A DNA stretch of 63,420 nt, filler included, from Craspedostauros australis (taxonomy: Eukaryota), in assembly GCA_030167865.1 (NCBI GenBank). It is 17 parts of 17 records of this genome, joined end to end, with 100 filler letters (N's around TTAATTAATTAA, not from the genome) between each part and the next. Parts side by side here need not be neighbours in the genome. Positions count along the whole stretch, not along the records: positions 60,984 to 63,420 come from JALAGF010002568.1; 16 more parts are not named here. The stretch is one strand, 5' to 3'. Below the pieces are notes generated by a model. The model had not been told where the DNA came from. It was given only the letters and a program-made list of their open reading frames with translations, and searched no databases. Positions 60,984-63,420 of this stretch are shown piece by piece (position 1 is the first letter of the stretch; the number at the start of each line of letters is the position of its first letter). The translations under genes and the position numbers were made by a program.

Positions 60984-63420
60984 GATGACATCGCTCTCAT
61001 CACAACCGACGAGCCGATGTCCATGCCCATCAACGAAAATGTGGTCGGCATCAAAAATGTGACCAACGCGAAATTTGTGGCCATCACCGAAATCGCGAAC
61101 AACGACCAAAAATGTGACCATGAGAAACCACACGGCGATGCGCGACGACAACGCGATCACGAACAACATGGCACTCGTAACAATCAACAATGATGGGGTT
61201 TCCGGCTTCGACAGCGGAACACCAGTCAACGACTACGAGTGGACCAGGGAGGAGATAGCTGAGTACACTCCAGGAGTGTATAGCTACTACGGGTCTACGA
61301 ACGATCACGATGGAGTGGATCAACAGACAACCCTTTTCATCCAAGAATGAAGAGGAAGACGGCAACGCCAACTACAATGAAGGCGAAACGAGTGATGAGG
61401 AGCACAGAGGACTGCATATGGATGCAGGTCCGATCTGCCTCTTGGCTCGATACTCGTTGAGCAGCATGACATCTGCCAACGATGTGTGCGTCGAGCTTTC
61501 GATGATCTGCTACGAAGCGATCGACGAATTCGAGAGTCGACTGTGCAGATGAGTGCACCCATGTGGGTTGCACTACATGATGCATAAGCACTACATGATG
61601 CATGAGATTGGCGTGCGGAGCGCATTCGACGTGGCTCGTAATGTGTACGCAATCAACGACATGCTGGAGAACAGCAACCTCGCTCCAATCCAACAGATGC
61701 TGATTGGATATAAGAGTCGCATGCAAGCGGTATGGACCGCACGAGTGAACCTGGTGATGACCAGGATCCTAATCACGATGAACGTGACATGGATGAATAC
61801 GTCATGTGAGCAATTCGAGAGTATGGAGAATGCCAGCAGGTCAGTACTGACAGACCTGGGAGATGACGACTCTACTTCAGGGATGAGTACCCCAGATAGA
61901 AGAGTGACTTGGGAGCGACGTGCGGATACCATCTGAAGCATGGAGACCGACGACGCTGATCAGAGCAGAAGAGCCGGAGAGGATACAGATACAGAAGACA
62001 CTGCTCGAGGGCAAGATGACTTGCTCCCTACCCAAGGGGATGAACCATCGGACGATGATGACGACGATGAATCCGGAAGGGACGATGAGACGGGACAAGA
62101 CGAGTTGGTCGAGAACGCACCAAACACAGTCCCAATTGCAGAACCTGTCGTGCACATGCCGAGGATGCTGAGTGCTCTCGTGGGATGCAACAATGCACCC
62201 ATCCGAAGGAGGAGCGAGAACTCGGATCAGGTGGAGAATCAGAATCAGAGAATGATGAGGGGTATGAGACCACTCGAGAGATGACTACCACACTACCTGC
62301 GACAGGAGGACCCAACTTTCACACAGAAGGGTCAAGATTCAACAGAGATATCGCAGGCATGACGATTGACACCACTCATGAGAAGATGAGCCTGGGTGAC
62401 TTCATCACTGCGAACCAAGCATTGAACTACANACAGAACGAAGAGAGGGATCCGAGCAACCAAATGTCGCAATGATGCTGGATCCAACCACAATTGACGA
62501 ATGACGGGGTCATGTGGATCCCGAGAAGAGCAATGAATGGCGGGAGGCCATGATGGTACGGTTCAGTGATATAGCCATGGCATGAGCATGGCAGATGATC
62601 AAGAAGAACTGGATGCTGAATGATCGGCGAGATACTACAAGCACAGACATGAGATCGATGTGCGATAAGAATGAGATCGATGAGAGAGAGAAACTCGAAT
62701 CTGGAAAGGATACAGCTATGAGAGCGCGAGCCAATAACGGCGGATTCCAGATACAGTGAGCCAAGACGCATCGATATACGATCAATGAGAGAAACGCGGG
62801 CATGTCGGATGAAGAATCGAATGACAGAGCCGGAAGGGAGGAACCTCAGATGAATGGAGGATGAATGGCAGGAGGCCACCAACAACTCCCATGATGAAGA
62901 AGCTGCAGCATGATGAATCGATGCTATCCAGAAGAGGATGAAGGGGATCGACAGCGTGGTTGCAAGGCAACACGACAACAGAGCTGGCAGCTAACCACAA
63001 TATGCCAATACCCAACGAGGGTGACGAACGAAGCATCAGAATCAGGAGATGACGATGGCTGCGCAACTGCACAGGAGACGAAGACTGCTCCAGTGGCAAC
63101 AGACGGACCCAACTTCGAACAAGACGGGTCAATCATCAACAAGGACGTCGCAGGCATGAGGATCGATGCTATCCAATGNNNNNNNNNNNNNNNNNNNNNN
63201 NNNNNNNNNNNNNNNNNNNNNNNNNNNNNNNNNNNNNNNNNNNNNNNNNNGTGCACATCAACACTGGAATGATGCCGAGTCTATGAGCGCCTGAGGAGTG
63301 CCAGGATCATGTGGATCCTGATGATCGGAAGGGACAAAGTACGAGTGACCCGGAGGCAATCGCTGAAAGCGAGGACCTTGAGTACTCTCCCATGAGACCA
63401 GTGGCGAGGATGCCACGGAT
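60984..63420 (+). pseudogene. Degenerate acidic coding-like sequence, possibly a decayed retroelement spacer, with an internal diverged duplication of about 800 bp
   Basis: Codon-like purine bias with many stops. GGACCCAACTT..GGGTCAA..TCAACA..TCGCAGGCATGA at about 62307-62362 and 63104-63159; TCATGTGGATCC at about 62510 and 63307. Confidence 0.4.

Overview
Eukaryotic, almost certainly diatom, nuclear DNA (bipartite plastid presequences, GT-AG introns, diatom-type CoDi copia elements). The window is not one locus. It is 17 short contigs joined by an artificial 100-nt spacer (44N-TTAATTAATTAA-44N): 1-3831, 3932-11404, 11505-13358, 13459-15639, 15740-18027, 18128-20816, 20917-24324, 24425-28295, 28396-37958, 38059-39205, 39306-40590, 40691-42710, 42811-44666, 44767-47148, 47249-51098, 51199-60883 and 60984-63420. 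Much of it is LTR-retrotransposon sequence: several Ty1/copia lineages, one Ty3/gypsy fragment, a solo LTR and a triple nest. There is also an octamer satellite and the end of a DNA transposon. Host genes are a two-exon heat-shock factor, two COG3899-like STAND ATPases, several plastid-targeted proteins (fibrillin-like, and a Tat-imported EF-hand lumen protein), a secreted protein present in two copies, an LRR-like protein and a tiny Ala-rich heptad-repeat protein. The most interesting signal is a group of non-canonical LTRs that start with TA. Two of them share a GATTATCA right end, and both landed inside the integrase zinc-finger 'H-x-x-L-G-H' codons of other copia elements. The near-complete member carries a chromodomain-like module and an extra N-terminal Gag domain. 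All family assignments come from motif recognition by eye; no database search was run.
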